64,000 nucleotides of DNA from Octopus sinensis (lineage: Eukaryota): assembly GCF_006345805.1 (NCBI RefSeq), contig NC_042998.1, forward strand, positions 156,860,001 to 156,924,000. The letters are read 5' to 3'. The position numbers and the translations under genes were made by a program. How positions within the stretch are numbered: the first letter of the stretch is position 1; every line of letters starts with the position of its first letter. Below the pieces are notes generated by a model that saw nothing but the letters and a program-made list of their open reading frames with translations, made no database searches and was not told the DNA's origin. Shown here piece after piece: positions 25,932 to 37,275 of this stretch.

Positions 25932-26678
25932 TGTAGCGTACGCTTAGTGAAATTCTCTCTAACATAAATACGGACGTAGCAGATAACAGCTAGTCTTCGG
26001 CCGTTTGGACCCTGCTGTGTCCACTACTCTGACTGGTTGATATTGGCGCAATTTGACTCTTGCTGTATTACGCGCCAATGTGCAACCCAACCAATCTCAG
26101 CCTTCTGATACGGTCCCGTGACGCAGTCTTCTAAATCTCCGTTGGAGCCTCCTAGTCCCTATAAAAGGCTAGTTACAACAACCGTCTTTCGTCTTTGGTT
26201 CTAGGCCTTCTAAGGTCTAATCAGTGACCACAGAGCACACAGCCAGTTCCAGCGACAACACCAACAGCAGCTCACATGGAGACTAACTTCTTCCAGCAGC
26301 ATTCAGGACCTCCATCTCCGTCGCCTCTGTCTTCTTGTTACAACTTTTCAACTATTTGTGTACCTCAATACGAACTGGTATTAATCTTCATTGTACGAGA
26401 ATGTTATAGACTCTTTTTATGCTCTGTACACCCTTGTTTGAGCACATATACACATTATGTATGCATGACGGCCTGTCTATTGTTTATGTACTTATGACGC
26501 GCACACACACACACGCACAAATAAAATCTTCTCTTTAATCTTCTTTCGGTTGTCTTGTCTTCCTTTTCCTTCTGGCACACATTCATTTATCATTTTTTGC
26601 TTTTATTGTAAGCGACAGTGCGATATATTAAAGGAGCCATTCATTCGTCACCTCTCCTATCGCACGGTCGTTCTTACA
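25932..26678 (+). mobile_element. Solo LTR (gypsy-type), 747 bp
   Basis: TGTAG...TTACA termini, 4-bp TSD CATG, TATAAAA at ~26160, AATAAA at ~26520; shares ccttctaaggtcta.tca.tgaccacagagc with the 17305 LTR. Confidence 0.85.
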
Positions 26679-27097
26679 CATGTACTGGTTTACATGTAAT
26701 CAGTAGCACTCAGAAATGGCCTGAAATAAAAGATCATGATGTGTACTAAAAGCAAACTTGAAAGATTGTATGATAAACCCAAACTCATGGGAAGATCTTG
26801 CATGTGACAGATAGGTCAACATCGAATGAAGCTAGCGCCAGAGGCTCAATGGCATTTGAATCTTTATGGATCTGGATAACAGAGACCAAAAGGAAAGCTT
26901 ACAAATCTCACTAAGACAACCCAGGTATAAGTGCCTTGGTGTGTGACAAATACTTCTCTGCTAAAATAGATCTTCTTAGTCTCAGCAGAAGACATAAGAA
27001 ATCCTGTTTCCTGCTCCTCCTGCTCCTCCTCTTCTATTTATTTGCCATCTGAATTTACTTTTTTCAAGGATAAGTTATTGTCAAATTATCGTAGACA

Positions 27098-27149
<52 letters not shown>

Positions 27150-27486
27150 GAGAAACTTATATACACACATATGTGTATATGTAGGTATGTATGCGTGTGG
27201 ATGTGTATGTGAAGATGTGTATGTGTATGTATGTGTATTTGTGTGTGTGTGTATGCATGCGCGCCTGCGTGTAGTAAAACGAGAAAGGAAACTAAAAGAC
27301 GAATGACTGACCTTTTTAAATCACACTATAAAAAATGAATAAAAAGAAATTTTAGGCATTATAGTTATTTACTGCGTTAATACAATTAATTGACTACTGT
27401 CTCTCGCTAAAATCGATGGATTTATACCAAAATTTGAAACAATCATCATCATTATCATAGTCGTCATCGTCGTCGTCGTCATCATC

Positions 27487-27695
27487 GGTGAGCTGGCAGA
27501 ATCGTTAGCAATCAGGGCAAAATGTTTTACAGCATTTCGTCTGCCTGCTTTCTGAGCTCAGATTCCGCAGAGGTTGACTTTGCTTTTCATCATTTTGGGT
27601 TCGATAAATTAAGTACGAGTGAAACATTGGGGGTCGATGTAATCGACTAGTCCTCTCTCTACAAATTTTAGGCCCTGTGCCTCCAATAGAAAGGA
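27487..27695 (+). mobile_element. MESC/Meta-core tRNA SINE
   Basis: ggtgagctggcagaatcgttagc...tcgataaattaagtac. Confidence 0.75.
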
Positions 27696-28055
27696 TCATC
27701 ATCATCATCATTTCTTTTTATCTCAGGTTTTGTTGCAACTCCTGCATTTTGCATGAGTAGCAGTCTTGCGGCTTGAGGCCTACGGTATCGTGCAATCTGT
27801 TCTTTTCAACTATCTTGTAGTGTGAACGGTGAAAAGAGTACAACAGAAAAAGGGAGAATGGAAATGTAATTGGGTCTTAACTCGTCAGAGATGAATTCGG
27901 ATACCTCTTAGCCAACTCGATCATCTGGTGCCTTCGTCGTGTCTTCCGCAACTGGTGGATGCCACACGTGCGTTCTGCGTGTCACTTCCGTTTCCTGCGG
28001 CACATGCGCCCTGCAAGCCCTGCTTCCGCCCTGCGAGCCCTACTTCCGCTCTCCC

Positions 28056-29264
28056 CTATCCGTCACACTCTTTCACCAACACCACACGCCCCCCTGATCT
28101 ACAGATCACTGAACTGGCTTCCTCACTCGCTCCCGCACCTGAAACTGGTTTCATAATCAGCCAACCAGGGAGGGGGTGCCGCTCCCTCTGTGGTCGCAGT
28201 GCAACCCTAGGACTTGTTCCTGGTGTGTTGCTGCCGGCCTCGTCATCCTGTCTGTTGTTTTCGTCTTGCCCACTGCTGCTGGTCCCATCCTCTGGGGCAT
28301 GGACAATCCTCCCTATGTCCAAAACGTGGCGTGGCATACCATCGACCGAGATGTTATTCTTTGAATTTACAGAGGTTATTGTCCCCTTTCCCCATTGCGA
28401 TGTACACCGTGCGTTTGGGGGTTTTACCCAGACTTCCTCCCCGACCTGCACGAAGGCGTGCTCTTCCTCTGCCCCGGGTCGCTTTGATGTAGTACACGGA
28501 TGCCTCCACTCGTACCTGAATATTGCCCTGTGTGGCACCGACTCCTCAGCCTGTCCTGATCTGGGCGACATATTGTACCAAAACACGGCCTCGACTGGTG
28601 AAATGTGACCCCTCTCTGCCATGGCCTTGATGGTACGATGATGCCTTTCCACCACCCCGTTTCCACTTGGCCGGTATGCCGCCCTGAAGAAGCGGTTGAC
28701 CTTCCACTCATCAAGCATTTCCCTCAGCACATCCGAGCGAAATGCAGTGCCGTTGTCCAGAAGCAGTTCATCCACGGGGCCTCGTTCTAGGAATATCTCA
28801 TTCAACACTTTCACAATTTCTTCTGCGGTCCCCGACTTCATCTCCCTCCATATGGCCAACTGCCCCGGTCCGCAGTCAACCATTGAGAGGTATGTCCCCT
28901 GCCGGTAGTATGTTATGTCCACCGCCAATCGTTTCCAGTCCTGGTCCACTGGAATACTTCCCGCTTCATGCACGACCGGAGCAGGGTCGATGGACTGGCA
29001 CCTGTCACAACTGCTAACCACTCTCTGCACGCTCTGTCTTGTTACGTCGGAGTCAACTTTTCTGGCTAGGAACAATGTCCTGTCCACACCCATGTGATGC
29101 ATGGTGTGCAGTCTCCGTAACTCCGAGTCGCTCAGACGGCATACTGCAGCTACAGCCTGCTTCGCATCCTCTGGCACCTGCAACCAGGCTCGCTTTACCC
29201 TGGTCAGGACGTCTGCGCTGTTCTTCTCGGAAGGCACAAAGATCACGCTCAGCTTCCAAGACAA
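28056..29264 (-). CDS. End of RNase H plus integrase (HHCC, DDE)
   Basis: NSADVLTR, HTMHHMG...CDRC, LAVD, LLDNG, NGVVERHHRTIK, VWVKPP; open for 402 codons. Confidence 0.9.
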   Translation of the reverse strand: MSWKLSVIFVPSEKNSADVLTRVKRAWLQVPEDAKQAVAAVCRLSDSELRRLHTMHHMGVDRTLFLARKVDSDVTRQSVQRVVSSCDRCQSIDPAPVVHEAGSIPVDQDWKRLAVDITYYRQGTYLSMVDCGPGQLAIWREMKSGTAEEIVKVLNEIFLERGPVDELLLDNGTAFRSDVLREMLDEWKVNRFFRAAYRPSGNGVVERHHRTIKAMAERGHISPVEAVFWYNMSPRSGQAEESVPHRAIFRYEWRHPCTTSKRPGAEEEHAFVQVGEEVWVKPPNARCTSQWGKGTITSVNSKNNISVDGMPRHVLDIGRIVHAPEDGTSSSGQDENNRQDDEAGSNTPGTSPRVALRPQRERHPLPGWLIMKPVSGAGASEEASSVICRSGGRVVLVKECDG

Positions 29265-30428
29265 CCCCTATTGCGATGCTACTGGCATCACACCATACGA
29301 TCCCGCTCTTTGATTTGGGAACATACCAGCTGCCCCTCACTGGGTCCTCTGCTCCTACTCTGACCAAGACTTCCTGCATCATGTCGATCGTCCTCTCCCT
29401 CACTTTATCATTCCACTTCACTCCTTCGGCTCGTCTCTTGATGAAGCTACATGCTGTCCGGAGCCAGCCTGCAATCGGGTAATGTCCCACCAGCTTCCCA
29501 CACACAGAGAACAGTTCCCGTCTACTCATGCTGGCGCCCAGTTCAGGGACCTCATTCCCTCGCCGGAACACCAAGGCGCCGGCCTTGTCTCTCCATAGCT
29601 CGAGGCCCAGTGCAGCACCTCCCTCCATAGCCTCTGGTGGCTTGGCGATCAGTCCCAAACTCTTCAGGTGGCCTATGACCTCCGTTGCTGGTATCACGGT
29701 TTCATCCACCAGAATGTCATCGATGTATGAATTGGTGGCCCTTTTTACTCTGTCCACCTTCCCCAGGATGGCCTTGAGAATTGTTGCCATAATCTTCGGC
29801 GCTGAATTCAGCCCAAATCCCAACCTGGTCAGACAGTACGTCCGGCCCCTATACCTGACGAGCTGGTACTTCCATAATTTCTCAGCCACATGCACCTGTA
29901 GGTATGCCGACTTCAAATCAACAATCGTGGAGGCACCCGTCGTCTGCCTCCACTCTCGCAAGGTGTCTCCGCAGACATCCGTGGCCTCGCCGCCCGTATG
30001 ACACGTACGTGGTCATTCAGCTCTCGGAAGTCAAGCACTGGCCTGACCTTATGCTTTGTGGGCTGTATCACCGCCATCAGTGGCAGGACTCCGCTCTCTT
30101 CTTTTTCCCAAGGGATCAGTATGCCCTCCTTAATCCACCGCTCCACTTCCCCCTCGAACTCACTTCTGGCATCTCCTTTTAGAGTATGCTGATAGCAGCC
30201 CACTTTATTCTTTAACATCGGGGGCTCTCCCTTCCAGTGCCACTCCACTGTCCACCTCTTGCCATCAAAGACAGCCCGAAAATCCTGGTCTTCAATGGTG
30301 TGCGCCGCATCCTTTTCCTCACGGTTGTCGTCGGTGCACGGTCTCGCCCTACACGGTTTCCCCGCTAACCCAAACATTACGCCAGCCTCGTTGACGGTGA
30401 CACCTCCCAAGCGGGTGATTGCATCCAT
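29250..30428 (-). pseudogene. gypsy reverse transcriptase / RNase H start, frameshifted
   Basis: VRPVLDFRELN, VDLKSAYLQ, RLGFG, YIDD, WCDAS; frameshift near 30000 and RNase H core deleted near 29255. Confidence 0.9.
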
Positions 30429-30751
30429 CCCATCACCACGTCAATCTCGTCCACCAAGTGACCAACCACAATCGCTCGCAACGTCAGCTGTAGTCCCTGC
30501 ACCACAATCTGCGCATCCGTAACCCCTTCGCAGTGCACTTCTCTTCCGTCGACTGCCCTAACACTGCTTCCTCCACTCCACGTCTCTGCCACTTCTGTAG
30601 TCATCAGGGTCGTTGTACAGCCCGTGTCCACCAGGGCTCGCGACATCTTCCCCTTCACCAGAATGTCGACCACAGGTAGCGATGATAAACGCGCCGCTAC
30701 TAATCCAAAGGGACAACTACCGGCGCAGTAGTCTCCCGCGGTCAGTTTCCC
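30377..30751 (-). CDS. Retropepsin aspartic protease in the -1 frame relative to gag
   Basis: ALVDTGCTTT, VRAVDG, IDVVMG; frameshift near 30420. Confidence 0.85.
   Translation of the reverse strand, partial: GKLTAGDYCAGSCPFGLVAARLSSLPVVDILVKGKMSRALVDTGCTTTLMTTEVAETWSGGSSVRAVDGREVHCEGVTDAQIVVQGLQLTLRAIVVGHLVDEIDVVMGWMQSPAWEVSPSTRLA
30690..30751 (-). promoter_or_regulatory. Programmed -1 ribosomal frameshift signal (slippery heptamer plus H-type pseudoknot)
   Basis: G GGA AAC directly before the gag TGA; 7-nt spacer; stem GGGAGACUAC/GUAGUUGUCCC; loop GCGCCG pairs with downstream CGGCGC. Confidence 0.8.
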
Positions 30752-31455
30752 CGCAGACACTCGCTGGCTACATGCCCCGGCTCTCGACACCGGTAGCAAA
30801 TCACCTCAGGCTTGGGCGACGCGCAGTCACGCACCATGTGTGGACCTTGGCACCGGAAACACTGTCCTTTGAACGGTCGCACACGTTCTTTCCTCAACCC
30901 CTCTCCGCTGCTCCTAGCTGGGCCACTTTTCGACGTTGCAGTCGCTGCTACCGACGTCATTCTGCTGCACGAAACTAGTACACGTGCTCGAGATATGATG
31001 TCGGCCATTGGCATCGAACGCACGTTCGGGAGCTTCTGTAGCTCGACCGACATGATGTCGGGAAAGCCGGTCACGAACGCCAACCTGACCGTCCGTTCTA
31101 GCGACTCTCCCCCATAACCCGCCAATTTAGCCAGTCTTCTAAGTTCATTGGCAAACACGTCCACCTGTTGCCCAGTCCATCTCATTCTACCCAGGCGAGC
31201 GTATGCCTCGAACATTCCTTCCGCAAAGGCCTCCATCAGTCGGATTTCTACTTTATCTGCGCTAAGTTGGTCCATCTCCTCCATCTCTAAATATAACGCC
31301 AACGCCGGGCCATCCAAGTACAGCGGCATGAAGCTCGCCAGGTCACCTATACCATGGAGCTTCGCCACCAACTTCACTCTCTTCAACCAAGCGACCACAT
31401 CAGTGTCGCCGCAAAACGGTGTTATAGGTTCGCGCGAAACCAGAGCACTCTGCAT
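30742..31455 (-). CDS. gag with two CCHC-type zinc knuckles, intact 237-aa ORF
   Basis: CFRCQGPHMVRDC and CYRCREPGHVASEC; ATG 53 nt after the 5' LTR. Confidence 0.9.
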   Translation of the reverse strand: MQSALVSREPITPFCGDTDVVAWLKRVKLVAKLHGIGDLASFMPLYLDGPALALYLEMEEMDQLSADKVEIRLMEAFAEGMFEAYARLGRMRWTGQQVDVFANELRRLAKLAGYGGESLERTVRLAFVTGFPDIMSVELQKLPNVRSMPMADIISRARVLVSCSRMTSVAATATSKSGPARSSGEGLRKERVRPFKGQCFRCQGPHMVRDCASPKPEVICYRCREPGHVASECLRGN

Positions 31456-32156
31456 AATAAAAAAAAAAAATTTTTTTTATAAATCCGAGTTTATTTGCCG
31501 AAATAGCTTGTAGTGTGAACGGTGAAAAGAGTACAATAGAAAAAGGGAGAATGGAAATGTAATTGGGTCTTACCTCGTCGGAGATGAATTCGGATACCTC
31601 TTAGCCAACTCGATCGTCTGGTGCCTTCGTCGTGTCTGCCGCAACTGGTGGATGCCACACGTGCGTTCTGCGTGTCACTTCCGCTTCCTGCGGCGCATGC
31701 GCCCTGCAAGCCCTGCGAGCCCTACTTCTGCTCTCACCTATCCGTCACACTCTTTCACCAACAATACTTTCTTTATTATCCTGGCTGTGCCACGGAGGCA
31801 ATCTTTTTGTAACAGTTCTACTGGGCACTCTATTCCGATTTCTTTTATATTCCTAACAATACCTTCTGATACTGTCCCCATGGACCCAATAATAATTGTC
31901 ACTATCTGCACCTTCTTCGTTTTCCATTTCGTAAATAAGAGGATTGTATTAATCTATGTTTTTATCTTCCTTCTTGACTATTCGTGGCTCAAGGGGCACG
32001 CAGTATCCACTATATTGCATATGTGGTGAATCTTGTCGACCATCATTAGGTCCGGTCTGTTATGCTCTAGCCCATAGTCTGTTTGGATTGGGAAATCCCA
32101 AAGGATTTTGAAAGTCTCTGACTATGCCTATTATTATTATTATTATTATTATTATA

Positions 32157-33655
32157 TGTTTGACTTTTGTACAAGTTGGCTCCAAGTCTCATCCAGAAAC
32201 CTCAAGAGACAACAGGCTGGAAGTTCGTGATGTTGTTATGCCAAGTGTGCCATATATTTGGTTTTGTATTTAGTGTTGTTCTAGTGAATGTCTAAAAAAA
32301 AAAAAAAAACGAAAATTACGTTTGTTTTAAAACTTGAGATTACATAGAAAGTATTTTGCGTAGGATATGAGCAGTTCCCATGAGCACTATCTTTTGAATT
32401 TCTGTCATTTTGGGGTTTCCTGGTATCTGAGTTAGGTAGCGATCAGCCCCTTTTGCTATCATTCCCAGGGCACCTATGACAACAAGTATTGTTTTAGTCT
32501 TCAGGTTCCACATTTTGCTGATTTCTATTTCAAGATTTTTATATTTGCTCAGTTTTTGGTAGGTCTTGACAGATACGTTTATATCGATTGGGACAGTCAT
32601 ATCAACGAGGAGGCATGTTCTTTGTTTGAAGCCTTTCAATATGATGTCTGGCCTATTTGCATCTATCTTTCTGTCAGTTTGAATGGGGAAGTTCCAGAGG
32701 AGTGAGATGTGGTTATTTTCAAGCACTGGAGGTGGTTTGTGTTCCCACCAGTTTTATTTCATGGGGCAAATCCAGGTTTTTGCAGATTACCCAGTGAATA
32801 TATTGTGCAGCTCTATCATGCCTGTTGAGATACTCTGTAGGCGCTAGAAGACTGCACTTGGAGACAACATGATCAATGGTTTCATTTTGTTGTTGACATA
32901 CACGACATGTTGGGCTACTGCCGTTCTTTAATATGTTGGCCTGGTAGTTCCTTGTTGGTAGGCATTGATCTTGAGCTGCAATGATAAACCCTTCTGTTTC
33001 AGATTTTAAGCCAGGGGCCATTAACCATTGATGGGTCAGGGCTTTGTCAACATCTGCATTATTCGCTCTCTTTGGGTATTTGCCATAGAGAGGTTTTTCT
33101 TGCCATTTATCATTCAGAATATCTAAGGCAGCAGTTTTAGCACGAGCTTTCATGCGTTTAGCTTTTTCTGTGCTTGTTTTTTGTATGTCTAATTCCGAAA
33201 TTTGTTGTATTTGGAATTCACTTAGATATTCCTTTGCCTGTTTTGTTACTGAGTATGATGCTTGCTTGTTTTCATGTTTTGAGACAAGTTTTAACATCCA
33301 GTCCTCAGAGTTTTTCAGGTAGGTGTATAGGCCAATTGTAGCAATCTTCATTGTTATTGCCAGTTGTAAAAGTCCACGGCCTCCCTCCTTTCTTGGCAGA
33401 TAAAGTCGTTCTATATCTGCCTTAGGGTGGTGCATTCTATGCATTGTCAACAGTTTTCGTATTTTTCTATCAAGATTACATATTTCAGTAATTGACCAGT
33501 TAACGATATTGAAACTGTAAGTCACGACTGGTATGACTAGAGCATTGATCGCTTCGATCCTGTTTCTCGCATTCAGCTCTGTCTTGAGTATTGCTCTTAC
33601 TCAGCGATAACATTCTCTCCTGATCCTTTCCTTCATCACTGAATGCCTTATTCCG
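32157..33655 (-). mobile_element. R4/Dong LINE, 5'-truncated
   Basis: RLYLPRKEGGRGL, CRVC..ETIDHVVSKC, RHD, NRPDII, KLSKY, GTAHILRKIL*. Confidence 0.9.
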
Positions 33656-33658
33656 TCT

Positions 33659-33887
33659 CATTATTATTATCATTATTATTATTATTATCATTATTATTAT
33701 TATTATTATTATTATCATCATTATCATTATTATTATTATTATCATCATCATTATCATTATTATTATTATCATCATCATTATCATCATTATTATTATTATT
33801 ATCATTATTATTACTATCATTATTATTATCATTATCATTATCATTATTATCATTATTATTATCATTATTATTATTATTATTATTATT
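33659..33887. repeat. (ATT)/(ATC) compound microsatellite
   Basis: Visible triplet array, source of the poly-I/L/N ORFs. Confidence 0.95.
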
Positions 33888-34444
33888 GAGTGAGAGAACA
33901 GTGCATGCCATCAAAGTGATACGAAGCCCAGTATACTCACCATGACCACCCGTCTATTAACACTAGGCACATGCATCACAACTATATGTGCACGACAGTG
34001 TGATCTCATATCAAGATAAACAGTGCATGACCTTGCAGGTGGGGGCTCAGTTAGAATTTTTTTCACATCGAGTAGCCCATCCCGTTCAAAAGGTCCCTGT
34101 ATAAGGGTTGTTTAAAGTGGTTGGACAAAACACCCATGTTTCCGGAGATGAATTATCCAAACTCCAAAGAATTCCTCTCAACACATGGCTATGATGTTCC
34201 CCCACTAGTTCTGCTCGTGATCAGAGATGCACATATCGCCAGCCACTAAGAGACATGCTCAACTGGTTATGGTCAAACAAGTGACAAGCAAATCTGTGGT
34301 ATTGAGCAGAATATTTGCTGTAGCCCATCTTTTATACCAAGACAATATAAATGATAAGACTTCCAATCAGTTAAGATGAGAAGCCATGAGAGCCATTGCC
34401 TGGTATTGCATTTATTATTATTATCATCATCATTATTATTATAT

Positions 34445-35215
34445 TCATATACACACAACAGATTAGACAGTTGGAAAAGAAAAAATCCTAACATGGAGCT
34501 ACAAGTAACTTTAGATACCAAGAAGTGTCCTAACTGTCCCTAATAGCACTGCTTTCTGGAGCTGTACTAAACTGGGTTTTATATCTATTTCATCTATCCA
34601 TCAGTTCAGAACTTTAGGGATACATTTTACCTGCACTTTCCATAGTCTCTGTAATTCAATGGCTAGGTCCTGGTACCTTGCTATTTTTCTATACCTCTCA
34701 TATTGATTTTATCATCATTTGGGACTGTAAAGTAAATTATCTGGCATTTTCTATTCTCTTATCTATTACTACTAAATCAAGCCTTCTAGCTTTTATTATT
34801 ATCAGTCTGAATGTAAAAGTCCGACAACATCTTGTATTTCTTACTTTCTAGTACTTTACCAGGTTCATGTTCATACCATTTATTAGTATCTTCAAATCCT
34901 AACTTTCCACATAACTTCCAGTAAATTACTCTCCCTAGGTTGTCATGTCTTTTCTTGTATTCTTTGTGCCAACATGCTACATTCACTTGCTATATGAAAA
35001 ACACTTTCCTCTTTTGATTTGCATAGCCTACATTGGGAATCTACTTGGTTTTTGTCTATCTTGGCTTTCATCCAATTAGTCCTTAATGCTTGAACTTGTG
35101 CAGTTACTAAGAAACTTTCTGTCTGCCTTTTCAGTTTTTCTTTCTGCAACCATAGCCATGTCTCACTACTACTATTTGCTGCAACTATCCTTGGGAATCT
35201 ACTATGCAGCGCCTT
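34445..35215 (-). mobile_element. R4/Dong LINE 3' fragment
   Basis: QALRTN, CRLCKSKEESVFHIASEC, KKRHD, WYEHEP. Confidence 0.8.
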
Positions 35216-35256
35216 CTCCTACCAGTCATATAATTTCTTCTTCTTCTTCTTCTTCC

Positions 35257-37275
35257 TTTGGTTTGGCTCAGGTTCTGTCTTATTCCTGGTAAGATTTATG
35301 TGGGTAGCGGGTTACTACCTGTAACCCTAGGTATCCATAAGTTTTCAGCAGCAATCTTTCAAGTGCTTAGAACCCTTCTGATAATCCTTGCTGTCTCTAA
35401 GAGACAAACTTTCAGTAGGAGCTCTACCAGGCAGTCTATTCCAATCGCCTTCAGCCATTTGTTCATATATTTGCTTACTGTTCCCAAAACACCAATTATT
35501 ATAGGCATGACCTTTACTGTTCTCATGCTCAAAATTCTTCCTATTTCAAATTCTAAGGGATTGTACTTTTTGTTTTTCTTCCTCTTTCTTTACGATCCTG
35601 GAATCAAACGGGCGTGAAGGGTCGATAAGTAAGCAACTTCGCTTTTCCTTATCTATAACTGTTATGTCTGGTCTATTATTTTCTAACTTCTTGTCCGTTT
35701 GAAGGGAAAAGTCTCACAAAATCTTACATTTCTCCGATTCCATACTCTGTCGACTCGGTGAATGTACCATATATTTCCAGCTTCAAATCCCCATTTCTGG
35801 CAGTTTCCAGTGTAAAACGTTTACAACCTGGTCGTGCCTCCATTTCTTATATTCTTCCTGTGCTAACTTGGGGCATTCCTCCACAATATGTGCCACTGTC
35901 TCGGTCCAAGTTCCACAGGCTCTACACTTTCCTGACACATTCTCTCCATATATATTCTTTCTCAATTTGTTTGTTTTCATTACTTTATCTTGGGCTGCTA
36001 CAATTAGGCTTTCTTTCTTTTTTTAATAGCCTCTATTTTAACCAAGCCCGGGATTTTGTTCCACATACTTCTTCAGCTGCTTTCCAAAATTGGCCATTCA
36101 GAGGTTTCTCTTTGATCTGTCTGACGTACACTCATTCTTGTCCTTTTCTCCTATAACACGCTTCATCACCTGTTCTTTATTAACTTTCTTTAGTAGTTTT
36201 TCTGTGCTTCTCTGTAAATACTCTACTAGACTTTTTCTTTCCGTCTGTACACATTCTTCTACTGCTATTAAGCCTCTTTCACCCTGTCTCTCCTCACGTA
36301 CAGCTAGTTGATATCAGCTTTCGTTTGGTAGGCACCATACATCGTCAACACCTTTCTAGTTTTTGATCCAGTCTATAATTCCAATACCATATCTAATTAA
36401 GGGTACTGCATTTGAATTTATTGCGTCAATAAGATTTTTGGAATTCAGCTTTGACTGCAATAATTTTTTTTACACTCCTTTTGTACTCCCTACTGATAAT
36501 TTGTTTCATTTCTTTATTTTTTATCTTGTCTGCTTCCAGTATTCCCAAATACTTGTACCACTGTCCTTTCTCAACTGCTCTCATTGTTTGCCCACTTGGC
36601 ATTTTAATTCTCTGGCTTCTTTCAAATCTTCCTCGTTTCATTTTTAATATGGCACACTTTTCTGCCCCAAATTCCATACCTATGTTATTTGAGAAAATGC
36701 AGATTGTATGTACAAGACTTTTGAAGCTGTTTCTTATTTTTCGCACAAACCTTTATATCATCCGTGAAAAGATGATTTATTTGACCATTTCCTTTACCAA
36801 AAGCAATTTCAACTTTTCGTAGTATCATAGTGAGCGGTGTCATGACCAATACGAATAGTAATGGAGATAAGCTATCACTTATATTCCAAGTTTGATGTCC
36901 ACTTTTCCAAGTTTTTGCTTTCCTCCGATCAATTCAATATTCCAGTGTTTCATACTTTCATTAAGCACTTTCTCCATATTTTTTGCTGTTCCAAACATGC
37001 TCATTGCTTTATTTATCCAACTATTTGGTACCATGTCACAAGCTTTTTTATAATCTAGCCAAGCTACATTCAGTCCTGTCAATCTGCGACTAGTTTCTAA
37101 TTATCATTTTACCAAATAATAAGTGATCTTTTGTTGCCCTACTTTGTTTCCTGTACCCTTTCTGTTCTTCTGGAAGTAGATTGTTACTTCCAGATAGTCT
37201 AACCACAAGATACCAGTCAAAAGTTATAGGTCGAAAATTTGATGCCAAGTTTCCTTTCAAGGGATACTTGAAACA
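35257..37275 (-). mobile_element. R4/Dong LINE, decayed
   Basis: AWLDYKKACDMVP, IGMEFGAEKCA, YKYLGILE, CRAC..ETVAHIVEEC, RHD, TARIIRRVLST*. Confidence 0.85.

Larger units (their letters stand above)
27816..31763 (-). mobile_element. Compact Ty3/gypsy-type LTR retrotransposon (~3.95 kb), defective
   Basis: LTRs 27816-28081 and 31509-31763 (TG..CA; about 9 substitutions plus an 11-bp indel); order gag-PR-RT-RH-IN. Confidence 0.95.
27712..32125 (-). mobile_element. R4/Dong 3' fragment split by a gypsy element (parts 27712-27815 and 31764-32125)
   Basis: WDFPIQTD..LEHNRPDL...GTARIIKKV continues as (L)DS* and a 3' UTR with (TGA)n tail left of the LTR element. Confidence 0.7.

Noticed and set aside
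27928-31513. Long + strand ORFs over the gypsy element
   Set aside because: Antisense shadows of GC-rich gag-pol with no domain motifs.
33500-33945. Poly-I/M, poly-L/S and poly-N/D ORFs
   Set aside because: All frames of the (ATT/ATC)n array; the same applies to VCVC, HTHT and YIYI ORFs elsewhere.
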